DNA from: Alphaproteobacteria bacterium
Lineage (GTDB): Bacteria; Pseudomonadota; Alphaproteobacteria; Bin95
Direction: 5' to 3'
DNA length: 64,000 nt
Assembly (NCBI GenBank): GCA_030833925.1
Contig: JAURGE010000008.1
Location: 6,617 to 70,616, forward strand
The position numbers and the translations under genes were made by a program. A model generated the notes under the pieces. That model saw only the letters and a list, made by a program, of their open reading frames with translations, had not been told where the DNA came from and searched no databases. Below, piece after piece: positions 9,345-20,373 of this stretch (position 1 is the stretch's first letter; every line of letters starts with the position of its first letter).

Positions 9345-10772
9345 TTAGAAGAACACGAAAGTGACTAGTACAAAGCATGGCACCAAAATTAACCCAGACC
9401 AAGCCATATATCCAAAGAAGCTCGGCATCCGAACGCCACCTTCTTCCGCAATTGCCCTAACCATAAAGTTTGGCGCATTTCCGATATAAGTATTTGCACC
9501 CATAAAGACCGCGCCAGCGGAAATTGCGAGTAAGGTTTGGCCCATCGGCCCCATCAACATCTGCGGATCACCGCCAGCAGTATTAAAGAACACCAGATAT
9601 GTTGGGGCGTTATCGAGGAAACTTGATAGAATACCGGTCAACCAAAAGTACATCTGGTTTATCGGCTCACCTTCCGGCGTCGACACCATGGAGACGACTC
9701 CCCCGAGAGCGCCAGAGGTGCCTGCCTTAAGAATTGCAATAGCTGGCACAATCGTCAGGAAAATACCTATAAAGAGCTTCCCAACTTCCATGATCGGAAA
9801 CCACGTAAAACCGTTTGCTGTTCGGTTCTCCATCGGCGTGATTTTCCACGAAAGGAAAGCAATCAAAAGCAACAAAATGTCTCTAGCGATATTCTGCAGT
9901 TCCCAATGAACGTGGTAAATTACCAATTCAAGATGCGGCTTCCAAATTCCACTCATAAGAACAGCGGCAACGATCCCGGCAAGAAGCAAAAAGTTCAACT
10001 TACCATCTATGCCAATCGCCTCATGAGCTTCACTGGGATCTGGTTCGGGAATACCCCCTTCTTTCTTCACCAATGCTGAATCGACGACAAAATAAAGTGC
10101 CAAAAGTATTACAGAAAGCATTAACATCGGCGCAAACATATGAGTAGTTGGCCAGAAGAATTCCACCCCCTTGAGGAACCCCAAAAACAGCGGAGGATCT
10201 CCAAGAGGGGTTAGTGACCCACCAATGTTTGCAACCAAGAAAATAAAGAAAACGATCGTGTGGACACGATATTTACGTTTTTCGTTTGCACGCATCAAAG
10301 GTCGAATCAGCAGCATTGCTGCGCCGGTTGTACCCATCCAACTTGCCAATACGGTTCCAATTAAAAGGAAACCAGTATTAAGAATCGGCGTTCCTACTAA
10401 TCGTCCGCGTACACGGACGCCTCCGGCCACGGTGAAGAGTGACAGCAACAAGATAATGAAAGGAATGTATTCTAGGAGGAGAACATGAATAACTTCGAAA
10501 ATCGCTATCGATGCGCCGAAAACAACTGTGAAAGGAATTAGAAAAGCCGCTGCCCAAAAAGCCGAAATTTTTCCAAAATGATGGTGCCAAAAGTCTGGAG
10601 CAACCAGGGGAAAGACAGCGATCGAAAGCAGAATGCCAGCAAAAGGAACTACCCATAACAGTCCTAACTGACCACCGTCCAAATGTGGCGCGCCCGCACC
10701 CGCCGCCAACGCGGGGGCTGCGGTCAGTAAACCCGCTAGGGCTGCAAGCGCTCCTAAAATCCGCAATTTCAT
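9345..10772 (-). CDS. Putative sodium:proton antiporter / ion transporter superfamily (CitMHS-like)
   Basis: Many TM helices; ANIGGSLTPLGDPPLFLGF, SSFLDNAPTY, MGANTYIGNAPNFMV. Start MKLR with SD AGGGG. Confidence 0.85.
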   Translation of the reverse strand: MKLRILGALAALAGLLTAAPALAAGAGAPHLDGGQLGLLWVVPFAGILLSIAVFPLVAPDFWHHHFGKISAFWAAAFLIPFTVVFGASIAIFEVIHVLLLEYIPFIILLLSLFTVAGGVRVRGRLVGTPILNTGFLLIGTVLASWMGTTGAAMLLIRPLMRANEKRKYRVHTIVFFIFLVANIGGSLTPLGDPPLFLGFLKGVEFFWPTTHMFAPMLMLSVILLALYFVVDSALVKKEGGIPEPDPSEAHEAIGIDGKLNFLLLAGIVAAVLMSGIWKPHLELVIYHVHWELQNIARDILLLLIAFLSWKITPMENRTANGFTWFPIMEVGKLFIGIFLTIVPAIAILKAGTSGALGGVVSMVSTPEGEPINQMYFWLTGILSSFLDNAPTYLVFFNTAGGDPQMLMGPMGQTLLAISAGAVFMGANTYIGNAPNFMVRAIAEEGGVRMPSFFGYMAWSGLILVPCFVLVTFVFF

Positions 10773-11003
10773 TATCATCCCCTGCAATTCGACGGCTGCA
10801 CGTTCTCTAACCTTTGAATCCTAATCGGCGGCCAGAGTATGCCTAAGCACTTGCGTGCCGCCAAGATCTGTCAACATAAAACCGAATTTAATAAGCGATC
10901 AACCAACATTGAAACAGTTCAGCGGCAACTCTATGCTCCAACCTTTGAGCCATGGTGCCCGTTGGGGCCTATCTGTCAGTGCTGATATTCAAGGGTGTAA
11001 ACA

Positions 11004-11678
11004 ATGGAAATGCAGGGTGAAGCGCTAATTCAAGCGCCTAAGCAGGTTGTTTGGGATGCATTGAATGATCCAACGGTGTTGAAGGAAGCAATCCCGGGCT
11101 GTGAAGAGCTAACCCAGGATGGGGAAGATGGGTTTGCTGCAAAAGTGAGAGCAAAAGTAGGACCGGTTAGTGCTCGCTTTGCTGGCAAAGTGCAGCTTTC
11201 CGATATTGATCCTCCCAACGCTTACCGCATCCATGGCGAAGGTTCTGGCGGAGCGGCTGGTTTTGCTAAAGGGGGCGCCTTTGTAAATCTAGAAGATGAT
11301 GGAAATGGTGGAACTCTTCTAAAATACAATGTTGAAGCCAACGTGGGTGGAAAATTAGCCCAAATTGGATCACGCCTTATTGATGGTGCTGCCCGCAAAC
11401 TTGCTGATGAATTTTTTGATAATTTTGCCAAGATTGCGACAGCTCGAGCAGGGCTATCCAAGCCTGAGAACGAAAAAGGTTCTAATGAGCAACCTGCTGA
11501 AGACGATGAGTCTTCAAAGGTGGCAACCTCGGTATCAGAAGATCCATCGGCTAGTGAAAAAGGCGAAGATGGTCAGACCGGCAATCAAGGGACAGAAAGC
11601 AACAAAGGCATTCCACTTTGGATTTGGCTCTCCGGATTGGCGGTTGTCCTGGTGGGACTACTTTACGTTTTGTCTTGA
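11004..11678 (+). CDS. coxG: CoxG family (SRPBCC) protein with acidic linker and C-terminal TM anchor
   Basis: VWDALNDP..LKEAIPGCE, GEGSGGAAGFAKG, GGKLAQIGSRLIDG; hydrophobic tail WIWLSGLAVVLVGLLYVLS. Confidence 0.92.
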   Translation: MEMQGEALIQAPKQVVWDALNDPTVLKEAIPGCEELTQDGEDGFAAKVRAKVGPVSARFAGKVQLSDIDPPNAYRIHGEGSGGAAGFAKGGAFVNLEDDGNGGTLLKYNVEANVGGKLAQIGSRLIDGAARKLADEFFDNFAKIATARAGLSKPENEKGSNEQPAEDDESSKVATSVSEDPSASEKGEDGQTGNQGTESNKGIPLWIWLSGLAVVLVGLLYVLS

Positions 11679-11778
11679 CAATCCCTTCCTAGTTGACCTC
11701 TCGGCCCAGGCGTTAGATGCTTCATCATTAGCTGAAGCAGAATCATAATCTGCTCAGGTTTTATTTGGGGAGATTGCG

Positions 11779-12243
11779 ATGCCGAGCGTATCGATGACTA
11801 TCAACGGCAAGAAAGTTTTGGGTGAAGTAGAAGCACGCACTTTGCTCGTCGATTTTATCCGTGAGGATCAGAGGCTTACCGGCACCCATGTGGGTTGTGA
11901 CACCAGTCAATGTGGGGCCTGTGTCATTCATATAAATGGAGAGGCAGTTAAATCCTGCACAATGCTTGCCGTTCAGGCCAATGGCGCAGAAATAACTACC
12001 ATTGAAGGCCTCGCTAATGGCGATGAACTGCACCCAATGCAGGAAGCTTTCCGTGACAACCACGGTCTCCAATGCGGTTTCTGCACACCAGGAATGATCA
12101 TGAGTGCAGTTGCGCTTGCAAAACGGAATTCAGCCCCTTCGGAGAAGGAGGTCCGCCACTACCTGGAGGGCAATCTTTGCCGCTGCACGGGCTATCATAA
12201 CATCGTCAAATCAGTGATCGCTGGCGCGCGGGCAATGTCCTAA
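11779..12243 (+). CDS. coxS: Mo-hydroxylase small subunit with two [2Fe-2S] clusters
   Basis: [10 protein letters not shown]...[19 protein letters not shown]. Confidence 0.95.
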   Translation: MPSVSMTINGKKVLGEVEARTLLVDFIREDQRLTGTHVGCDTSQCGACVIHINGEAVKSCTMLAVQANGAEITTIEGLANGDELHPMQEAFRDNHGLQCGFCTPGMIMSAVALAKRNSAPSEKEVRHYLEGNLCRCTGYHNIVKSVIAGARAMS

Positions 12244-12298
12244 AGCGGCTAAAAAAAGAAAAGCCAAAAGAGCGATCACAAAGGGAGGAAATCAGACA

Positions 12299-14662
12299 AT
12301 GCCAAGAGATGACGGCATAGGCGCCGCCGTAAGGCGCAAAGAAGACTTTCGGTTCATCACAGGGCGCGGCTCCTACACCGACGACCTCAACAGACCCGGG
12401 CAAGCTTTTGCAGCTTTTTTAAGAAGCCCTCACGCCCACGCTAGAGTCGACAGCATAAACGTAAGTCCAGCAATGGCAGTCGAAGGTGTTGTCGCAGTTT
12501 ATACCGGTCAAGACCTCGCTGACGCAGGGGTCAATGGCTTACCATGCGGGTGGCAGGTCCACTCTAAAAATGGTGAACCAATGGCAGAGCCTGCCCACCC
12601 AGCCCTTGCTCAAGGAAAAGTTCGTCATGTCGGTGATGCTGTCGCTGTGGTCATTGCTGAAAGCAGGACCGCTGCTCGCGCCGGTGCTGAAGCATTAGAG
12701 GTTGCCTACACCCCATTACCAGCAATCCCTAATATGAAATCAGCTAAGGGTGCGGTAGCAACTGTCCATGACGATGTCACTAATAACCAGTGTTATGATT
12801 GGGAGCTTGGCGATGAAGCTGAAATTGACGCAGCGCTGGCAGCCTCAGCTCATCAAGTAACTCTATCCCTTGTGAATAATCGATTAGTTCCAAACCCAAT
12901 GGAACCAAGGGTAGCAATCGGAGATTTCGATCATGCCTCCGGCGAGCATACTCTTTACACCACAAGCCAGAATCCGCACGTAATACGCCTATTAATGGGA
13001 GCTTTTGTATTAGGACTGCCTGAGCATAAGCTTCGGGTGGTAGCGCCGGACGTCGGCGGCGGATTTGGCTCGAAAATTTTCCATTATGCTGAAGAGGCAG
13101 TGGTAACTTGGGCCGCTGCCAAGCTTAGACGCCCCGTAAAATGGACAAGCGATCGTTCTGAAGCCTTTATGACTGATGCCCATGGCAGAGACCATGAGAC
13201 AACAGTCACGCTCGGTTTAGACGCAGATGGAAAATTCAACGCTCTTAAAGTGATTACAGATGCGAACATGGGGGCTTACCTCTCCACTTTCGCTCCCTGC
13301 GTACCAACATACCTATATGCAACGCTCCTAGCAGGACAGTACACCACGCCGAAAATCTATGCTGGTGTTCGTGCCTGGTTCACTAACACTGTTCCAGTCG
13401 ACGCATATCGTGGCGCAGGGCGTCCGGAGGCAACTTACGTGGTCGAGCGCATCGTTGAGGAGGCAGCTCGTCAAATTGGCGTTGACCCCGCCGAACTCAG
13501 AAAGCGGAATTTTATAGCGCCGGATGCTTTCCCTTACCCAACCCCAGTAGCACTGGAGTACGACAGCGGGAATTATGCGGGAACCCTCGATAAAGCGATG
13601 GCTGCGGTGGACTACGCTAATTTTAAATCCAGGCAGGCAGCGTCTAAGGCAGCGGGCAAACTTCGCGGGATTGGTTTTTCGGCATATATCGAGGCTTGCG
13701 GTATAGCGCCATCCGCTGTGGTTGGTTCGCTAGGTGCCCGGGCTGGACTTTATGAAAGTGGCGCCGTTCGTGTACATCCGACAGGCTCTGTAACCTTCTA
13801 CACAGGTACACACAGCCATGGGCAAGGTCATGAAACCACCTTTGCGCAAGTGATTGCTGAAAGATTAGGTGTACCTATTGATAATGTAGACGTAGTGCAC
13901 GGCGATACCAACAAGATCCAATTTGGTATGGGCACTTATGGCTCTCGTAGTCTTGCTGTTGGCGGTTCTGCTTTAGCAAAAGCACTCGATAAGGTTGAAG
14001 CCAAAGCGAAGAAAATTGCAGCTCATTTAATGGAAGCGTCAGCGGATGACGTAGAATTTAAAGACGGGCAATTTACCGTCGCAGGCACAGATAAATCTGT
14101 AGGATTTGGTGACGTGGCGCTTACCGCCTATGTGCCCCATAACTTCCCGCATGATGAGTTGGAACCAGGACTTGAGGAGCAAGCGTTCTACGATCCCGCT
14201 AATTTCACGTTCCCAGCTGGATGTCACATTTGTGAAGTAGAAATAGATCCAGACACCGGCAGGACAGAAATTGTAAATTTTGTTGCGGCCGACGATTTTG
14301 GCAACATCGTCAACCCAATGATCGTTGAGGGACAAGTACACGGCGGCATTGCCCAGGGAGTGGGACAAGCACTGCTGGAAGGTTGTCTCTATGACGGCGA
14401 TGGTCAGCTTATGACGGGATCCTACATGGATTACTGCATGCCGAGAGCTGATGATCTGCCGAATTTTAAAGTGGAAACGCAAGTCACCCCTTGCCCGCAC
14501 AATCCTCTTGGGGTGAAGGGCTGCGGGGAGGCAGGAGCAATTGCTGCACCTGCTGCTGTTATGAATGCTGTAACAGATGCACTGCGTTCAGCCGGTGTTT
14601 CCAAACCCATCGATATGCCAGCCACACCGTCGAAAATTTGGTCTGCGCTCAACGGAGCCTGA
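12299..14662 (+). CDS. coxL: Xanthine-oxidase-family molybdopterin large subunit, form II CoxL type
   Basis: [18 protein letters not shown] (form II motif, not AYXCSFR), [16 protein letters not shown] with the catalytic Glu. S-L-M gene order. Confidence 0.9.
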   Translation: MPRDDGIGAAVRRKEDFRFITGRGSYTDDLNRPGQAFAAFLRSPHAHARVDSINVSPAMAVEGVVAVYTGQDLADAGVNGLPCGWQVHSKNGEPMAEPAHPALAQGKVRHVGDAVAVVIAESRTAARAGAEALEVAYTPLPAIPNMKSAKGAVATVHDDVTNNQCYDWELGDEAEIDAALAASAHQVTLSLVNNRLVPNPMEPRVAIGDFDHASGEHTLYTTSQNPHVIRLLMGAFVLGLPEHKLRVVAPDVGGGFGSKIFHYAEEAVVTWAAAKLRRPVKWTSDRSEAFMTDAHGRDHETTVTLGLDADGKFNALKVITDANMGAYLSTFAPCVPTYLYATLLAGQYTTPKIYAGVRAWFTNTVPVDAYRGAGRPEATYVVERIVEEAARQIGVDPAELRKRNFIAPDAFPYPTPVALEYDSGNYAGTLDKAMAAVDYANFKSRQAASKAAGKLRGIGFSAYIEACGIAPSAVVGSLGARAGLYESGAVRVHPTGSVTFYTGTHSHGQGHETTFAQVIAERLGVPIDNVDVVHGDTNKIQFGMGTYGSRSLAVGGSALAKALDKVEAKAKKIAAHLMEASADDVEFKDGQFTVAGTDKSVGFGDVALTAYVPHNFPHDELEPGLEEQAFYDPANFTFPAGCHICEVEIDPDTGRTEIVNFVAADDFGNIVNPMIVEGQVHGGIAQGVGQALLEGCLYDGDGQLMTGSYMDYCMPRADDLPNFKVETQVTPCPHNPLGVKGCGEAGAIAAPAAVMNAVTDALRSAGVSKPIDMPATPSKIWSALNGA

Positions 14663-14680
14663 TCACAAGGAGGAAAAAAG

Positions 14681-15472
14681 ATGTATAATTTCAATTATCA
14701 GACTGCCTCCTCGGCGGATGATGCGGCAGCTAAGGTCTCAGCCTCCGATGAGGGCAAACTTCTTGCAGGTGGCATGACGCTGCTACCAACTATGAAGCAA
14801 CGGCTCGCCATGCCTAGCGACCTCGTTGATCTCAGCAAGGCTGGGCTATCTGGGATATCCGTTGCGGGGAATGTTGTCTCTATTGGCGCGATGACCACTC
14901 ACGACACAGTTGCCAATTCTAAGGAAGTGGCCTCAGCTATTCCTGCGCTAGCAAAACTAGCAAGCGGCATTGGCGACCCAGCAGTGCGCAATCGTGGTAC
15001 AATCGGAGGTTCCATTGCCAATAATGACCCAGCAGCGGACTATCCAGCCGCTGTCCTGGGTCTCGGTGCAACCATTGTCACCAACAAGCGCTCGATTGCT
15101 GGCGATGACTTCTTTACAGGAATGTTTGACACCGCACTTGAAGATGGGGAGGTTATAACTCGAGTTGATTTTCAAGTGCCCGAGACCGCCTCTTACATCA
15201 AGTTTCCTAATCCAGCATCCCGCTATGCCATTGTCGGTGTTTTCGTAGCAAAAACAGCTGGTGGTGTTCGAGTTGCGGTCACCGGTGCAAGCCCTTGCGT
15301 TTTCCGAGCGAGCGAAATGGAAGCTGCGTTGACAGCAAACTTTTCAGCAGGTGCGCTGGAGAACTCGTCAGTGTCAGCAAACGGATTGAATGCTGACATC
15401 CATGCAAGTGCTGAGTACCGTGCGCACCTTGTCGGCGTGATGGCTAAGAGAGCCGTAGCTGCGTGTAGCTAA
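14681..15472 (+). CDS. coxM: Mo-hydroxylase FAD-binding medium subunit
   Basis: LLAGGMTLLP, IGDPAVRNRGTIGGS, PASRYA, ASAEYRAHL. Confidence 0.93.
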   Translation: MYNFNYQTASSADDAAAKVSASDEGKLLAGGMTLLPTMKQRLAMPSDLVDLSKAGLSGISVAGNVVSIGAMTTHDTVANSKEVASAIPALAKLASGIGDPAVRNRGTIGGSIANNDPAADYPAAVLGLGATIVTNKRSIAGDDFFTGMFDTALEDGEVITRVDFQVPETASYIKFPNPASRYAIVGVFVAKTAGGVRVAVTGASPCVFRASEMEAALTANFSAGALENSSVSANGLNADIHASAEYRAHLVGVMAKRAVAACS

Positions 15473-15501
15473 ACCTTCTCGATCTACTTACGAGAACAAT
15501 T

Positions 15502-15541
15502 ACGAGGGCGCGTCGTTCAAAACCGCGCCCTCGTTTTATTT
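15502..15541 (+). terminator. Intrinsic terminator of coxGSLM
   Basis: Perfect 11-bp inverted repeat ACGAGGGCGCG...CGCGCCCTCGT followed by TTTATTT. Confidence 0.8.
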
Positions 15542-15636
15542 CCAAGCTAATTCCCAAACAAAGCGAATAGATCTTAATTTTCGGCCTGATGATGGCAAAG
15601 AATTACGTTGGCGCAAAAATTTCATAGGTAGCAAGT

Positions 15637-16629
15637 TTATCCTTGCCAGTAGCCAGGCGTTGACTTTCGCCAATCTAAGAATGACTGGGCAGATGCCCCT
15701 GGCTCAAGCCAAAGATCCAATCCCAACTCATTCCTAAAACGCTCGTTTGAAATTGGCCGTCGGTCATGAAGCCCATGCAAATCAACGTTTGATTCTTCAT
15801 CTGCATCTGCAAGATGCCAAGACATCTCGGGACGAAGAGCTACGAGTGCATCTAACCAATCTGCTACCGTCCAATTCTTCCCCGCCGAAACATTATAAAG
15901 TTTATGACGTAGCACCTTAGCCCTTAAAAGTGCTGCCACGGCCTGGGCTACTTTCCTGCTGTCCGTCCAGTCTCTAGCGCATCTGCGCGGGAGAACAGCA
16001 ACCTGACCGGCAAACATTAATGTTGCGGCCTGGAGATGGGGCGACAGCGTATCACGACGCCCAGTATCCCTCTCCCAGGGACCATACACTGCTGAAAGTC
16101 TTACGTTAACAATATCGGCGGCCCAAAGTTCTGCCAGGCGAGCTGCAATGCCTTCAGACGCTAGTTTAGAAACACCATAGAGGGTGTTAGGTTTTGGCCA
16201 AGTTCCATCTTCTGTAATGTCACCATCACCTTCAAAGGCAGAGATTCCGTAGGCCGACGCCGAAGAAAGATTGATTATACGTTTTGCACCTGCATGCCGA
16301 GCTGCATTTAAAAGGTTTGTGAAGCCCAAAATGTTGGTCTCTAAAGTCTCGATAGGCCGATCCCTTTCCCTCTCCTCTCCAGAAGTGACTGCAGCAGCGC
16401 AGACTAACGCATCAATACCTTTTAGAGCCTGTAACGCTTCTCCAGGGTCAGTAACATCAGCAACCTGAACCTCAAGGGCTCCCAGGCCACTATGCTCCCC
16501 AAGAAAGCGCAGCGCTGCCTCGGGTGGCTGCTTTATATCAACAAGAAGCACATGAGCACCTTGTTGCAAAAGTGCCTCTGCTACAGCTAGCCCAACGAAG
16601 CCAGAACCTCCCGCAATACCAATCAACAT
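15637..16629 (-). CDS. NAD-dependent epimerase/dehydratase (extended SDR)
   Basis: GGSGFVG, SSASAYG, YGVSK (YxxxK), RLSAVYGP. Start overlaps the LLM stop (TAATG). Confidence 0.88.
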   Translation of the reverse strand: MLIGIAGGSGFVGLAVAEALLQQGAHVLLVDIKQPPEAALRFLGEHSGLGALEVQVADVTDPGEALQALKGIDALVCAAAVTSGEERERDRPIETLETNILGFTNLLNAARHAGAKRIINLSSASAYGISAFEGDGDITEDGTWPKPNTLYGVSKLASEGIAARLAELWAADIVNVRLSAVYGPWERDTGRRDTLSPHLQAATLMFAGQVAVLPRRCARDWTDSRKVAQAVAALLRAKVLRHKLYNVSAGKNWTVADWLDALVALRPEMSWHLADADEESNVDLHGLHDRRPISNERFRNELGLDLWLEPGASAQSFLDWRKSTPGYWQG

Positions 16630-17933
16630 TACCTTCTATCCATCACCCTTCTGGGGTCCATGTGAGGTATTGGAATGGCGCCACCTCGCGTTTTGTCAAC
16701 AAAGGCACCACCGGTTGTGTCTCTAACACCCTGCTCCTCCCGTCGCCTTCCAGCTGACGTAATGATAGGAATATCCTCTGCTTTGATTGGTTCCATCCTA
16801 TCTTTTCGCTCTAATGCTGCCTCTATGTAAGGCTTTAACTCTGCCATTTTCTTCTTCTGGCGCGCGAGTTCTCTTTCCTTAAATTCTGGCAAAAGGGTTT
16901 CACCAAAAAGACGCAGAGCATCGCAGATATGATCGTGGCTGTTTCGACCAACTTGTTGAACGAAAATCATTTGGTCGAGGCCTACATCCTCATAACGCTT
17001 TAAATGCGCCCGAACTTGATCCGGCGTGCCAATCCCCCCGCGGCCAGCATTGTCTTCTAGCTTGTTAAAAACTTCATCAAATTGGGCGCCAAGATTTGAA
17101 ACGCCTGGCCTATGAGCACCGAAATTAGTGAAGTACGCAAGGCTGTATCCAAAATACCGGAAACCCGCGAGACCTCGCGAAACTGCCTCCTCTTCGTCCT
17201 TGTGTAATGAAAAACCAGACACTGCCGCAATGTTTGGGTTTACTGTCCAGCCCAGCGGTTTGCATTCCTCAGATTTAATCGTGTCGTAATACTCTTTAAT
17301 CCAAGCCTGAGCCTGCTCAGGTTCCACAAATCCAAAAATGAGCGCTCCCATACCGAGCCGCGCCGCGCGAAGAATGCTGTCTCTGCGCGAGCAAGCAAGC
17401 CACATCGGCGGATGCGGTTTCTGCATAGGCTTCGGGATGACATTCCGTGTGGGCATCGAAAAGTATTTTCCCTTGAAACCTGGATAGGGGGTCATTGCCA
17501 TCATATTTGCGGCCTGCTCCGCCCCCTCACGCCACATGTCACCTTTTTCGTCGGGAGGAATATTAAATCCTTCCATCTCAATCAAAGTGGCCGACTCGCC
17601 AGTCCCCCATTCGGCTCTGCCATTTGAGAGATGATCCAGCGTTGCAAGTGCTTCAGCAACTCGGGCAGGATGATTGTAGTTTGGCGCCGTCAATTTGATA
17701 CCGTGACCAAGGCGGATCTGTTTTGTGCGTTGAGAAGCGGCAGCTAGGAAAAGTTCAGGTGCAGCAGAGTGGGAGTATTCTTCAAGAAAGTGATGCTCCA
17801 CCTCCCAAACATGATCAATACCAACCTGGTCAGCTAACTCGATTTGATCCAGGCTTTCCATGAAAACCCTGTGTTCCGAGCCCTCATCCCATGGCTTGGG
17901 GTTTTGATGTTCGTAGAACAATCCGAATTTCAT
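16629..17933 (-). CDS. Luciferase-like (LLM class) flavin- or F420-dependent oxidoreductase
   Basis: MKFGLFYE, VWEVEHHF, LDHLSNGR, PKPMQKPHPPMW, GTPDQVR. Confidence 0.9.
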   Translation of the reverse strand: MKFGLFYEHQNPKPWDEGSEHRVFMESLDQIELADQVGIDHVWEVEHHFLEEYSHSAAPELFLAAASQRTKQIRLGHGIKLTAPNYNHPARVAEALATLDHLSNGRAEWGTGESATLIEMEGFNIPPDEKGDMWREGAEQAANMMAMTPYPGFKGKYFSMPTRNVIPKPMQKPHPPMWLACSRRDSILRAARLGMGALIFGFVEPEQAQAWIKEYYDTIKSEECKPLGWTVNPNIAAVSGFSLHKDEEEAVSRGLAGFRYFGYSLAYFTNFGAHRPGVSNLGAQFDEVFNKLEDNAGRGGIGTPDQVRAHLKRYEDVGLDQMIFVQQVGRNSHDHICDALRLFGETLLPEFKERELARQKKKMAELKPYIEAALERKDRMEPIKAEDIPIITSAGRRREEQGVRDTTGGAFVDKTRGGAIPIPHMDPRRVMDRR

Positions 17934-18118
17934 CTATCCGCCTCCCATGACGCTTTTTTGAGATGATCGCAGGGCTAGGCCCTATGACGCAACAGGAGTT
18001 GCAGTCATAATTCAAATTGATCGAAAAAATTTACTATTTGATGCTTTGATTGAAGTGCCCAAGTAACTTCTAAAAACGGCGGCTGAAATTTCAAATCAGT
18101 CAAATAAGGACTTTGAGA

Positions 18119-19318
18119 ATGGCCATAGCCACCGATGTTCCAGCCAGCGAAATCCGTGTATTGTCGCTCATAGGTGTTGGGCATTTTTTGAGCCATTTTT
18201 ACATTCTTTGTCTGCCACCGATGCTGCCCTTATTCGCCAGGGAATTTGATGTTGGGTTTGCGCTACTGGGAGGTGCTTTAACTGGGTATGCCTGGATTGG
18301 AGGCATCCTCCAGGCACCTATTGGAGTAGCCCTGGACAAGATTGATGCGCGGAAAATGCTAGCGGTAGGACTTGCTGTAAATGCCACCGCAATTGGGCTG
18401 ATCGGTCTATCAGAGAATTTTTGGCAATTTGCTGCACTAGCTGTTATCGCTGGAGTGGGTAATGCAGTCTTTCATCCAGTTGATTATGCAATAATTGCAG
18501 CAAAGGTCTCTGAAAAGCGCCTCGGGCGGGCATATTCACTGCATACATTTTCTGGATTTTTTGGAGGTGGTGTAGCACCCGTCGCCATGCTGAGTTTGAC
18601 GGGCATTTTTGATTGGCGGACAGCTTTTATTATTGTTGGTATTCTCGGCATTGCAGCAGCGATATTGATAATCGCCCAAGGTGAGACGCTTGCAGGCGAA
18701 AATTCGTCCCGAACGCCTACCGCGTCCGACGCAAAAACCCCAAAGTCCGTTTTATTTTCAGCACCAGTACTTCTCTATTTTCTTTTCCTTGCTACGTACG
18801 GATTAGCTACTGGCGGCATTAGCTCCCAAGGGGTGGTAGTTATGGTGAAGATGGGCCTGGCAGATGAAGTTACTGCTGCCCAAGTTCTATCTGCATACCA
18901 ATTTGCGGTCGCTGGCGGAATTTTGATAGGTGGGATCATAGCGGAAAAATTTGGCCGCCATGGCCTCACAGCGGCTATCTGCCTTCTAACAACTGCAGCC
19001 CTGATGCTCACACCGGCCAGCTTGGCCCCCACAGGATTAATGCTCTTTGCTATCTTTATAGCCGCAGGCTTTGGTTTTGGCGCAGTATTACCTGCCAGAG
19101 ACCTGATGGTGAGGGCAATCACGCCCGCTGGGGGAAGCGGCCGAGTTTTTGGTTTTGTCTTTGTTGGTCTCTCGGTTGGTTCGGGGCTCGCAGGGGTAGT
19201 ATTTGGAGCACTAGTCGACGCCGGCCTTGATCTCTGGGTTTTCCCAGCTGTTGCCGCTCTCCTAGCTTTGTCTGTCCTGATCACAACAGTGGCACAAATC
19301 GCCGCCGAAAAATCTTAA
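18119..19318 (+). CDS. MFS transporter
   Basis: About 12 TM segments; GVALDKIDARK motif A variant; GNAVFHP (Fsr-like). Confidence 0.9.
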   Translation: MAIATDVPASEIRVLSLIGVGHFLSHFYILCLPPMLPLFAREFDVGFALLGGALTGYAWIGGILQAPIGVALDKIDARKMLAVGLAVNATAIGLIGLSENFWQFAALAVIAGVGNAVFHPVDYAIIAAKVSEKRLGRAYSLHTFSGFFGGGVAPVAMLSLTGIFDWRTAFIIVGILGIAAAILIIAQGETLAGENSSRTPTASDAKTPKSVLFSAPVLLYFLFLATYGLATGGISSQGVVVMVKMGLADEVTAAQVLSAYQFAVAGGILIGGIIAEKFGRHGLTAAICLLTTAALMLTPASLAPTGLMLFAIFIAAGFGFGAVLPARDLMVRAITPAGGSGRVFGFVFVGLSVGSGLAGVVFGALVDAGLDLWVFPAVAALLALSVLITTVAQIAAEKS

Positions 19319-19428
19319 AACAAGATGGAGGTTAGTAATCAAAATCACCATCTCCTTAATTATCGGTGGGGAGCATCACTCTCGAATTTATCCTTTGTAA
19401 CTCCATCTTAATATTGAGATAAAGCCGC

Positions 19429-20358
19429 ATGAGCTTTGCTATATACCTCGACGAGGCCTCCTTGGGGCATAACCCAACACCAGGCCATCCAGAACGCCCA
19501 GCTCGCTTTGAAGCTGCTGCACGACGCCTTTCAGAACCTGACTTCGCCAGCCTACCTCGCCGAACCGCACGATTGGCCAAACGAGAAACTATCGAGTTGG
19601 CCCACACTAAGGACTACGTCGACCTAATCCTTGGGGCGGAACGAAAAGATGCCATCATTATGCTGGATGGCGATACTTCCATTGGACCTGGCTCAACCGA
19701 AGCAATTTTAAAAGCAGTGGGTGCGGGCGTTGACGCCTTGGATGCCGTTTTCGCTAACGATATCACCCGGGCTTTTGTTCTTGCTCGCCCTCCAGGCCAT
19801 CATGCCGAAACCAATCGGGCAATGGGTTTTTGTTTTTTCAACTCTATAGCCATAGCAGCCCACTATGCCCTAGCAACATATAATATTAAGCGGGTGGCAA
19901 TTCTTGATTTCGATGTACATCATGGAAACGGGACCCAAGCAATTTTTTGGGACCAACCCAACGTTCTCTTTGCTTCCTCCCACCAAATGCCACTTTTCCC
20001 AGGGACAGGAGCTGTTTCCGAGCGCGGTGCTGGAAATATTTGGAACAAGCCACTGGCCCCAGGAGATAATGGAAAAGATTTGTGCTCAGCCTGGGATAAC
20101 GAACTGTTTCCCGCTGTAGACGAATTCCGGCCGGAGCTGATCCTAGTGTCTGCTGGCTTTGATGCTCATGTTCGTGACCCTCTTGGGAATATCGAGGCAG
20201 AGGCGTCAGACTTTGGATGGATAACTGACAAGATCGTAGAACTCGCCAATACTCATGCCTCAGGCAAGGTTGTTGCCTTCCTTGAGGGTGGGTATGACCT
20301 CAAGGGTTTATCCGAATCTCTAGCTGCCCATTTAGTAGGGCTCACTAAAGGGCTTTAA
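19429..20358 (+). CDS. Histone deacetylase family Zn-dependent amidohydrolase
   Basis: GHPERP, RPPGHHA, GFC, DFDVHHGNGTQ, SAGFDAH and EGGY are all intact. Confidence 0.93.
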   Translation: MSFAIYLDEASLGHNPTPGHPERPARFEAAARRLSEPDFASLPRRTARLAKRETIELAHTKDYVDLILGAERKDAIIMLDGDTSIGPGSTEAILKAVGAGVDALDAVFANDITRAFVLARPPGHHAETNRAMGFCFFNSIAIAAHYALATYNIKRVAILDFDVHHGNGTQAIFWDQPNVLFASSHQMPLFPGTGAVSERGAGNIWNKPLAPGDNGKDLCSAWDNELFPAVDEFRPELILVSAGFDAHVRDPLGNIEAEASDFGWITDKIVELANTHASGKVVAFLEGGYDLKGLSESLAAHLVGLTKGL

Positions 20359-20373
20359 AGCAGAGGTATCGCA

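Noticed and set aside
12299..14662. Calling coxSLM a bona fide aerobic CO dehydrogenase
   Set aside because: It lacks the AYXCSFR Cu-binding motif, the M-S-L order and the coxDEF accessory genes.
18775..19284. Long antisense ORFs (e.g. 18775-19284, 39598-40068, 53873-54322, 61060-61566)
   Set aside because: They are shadow frames of well-supported genes on the opposite strand, with no motifs or SD.
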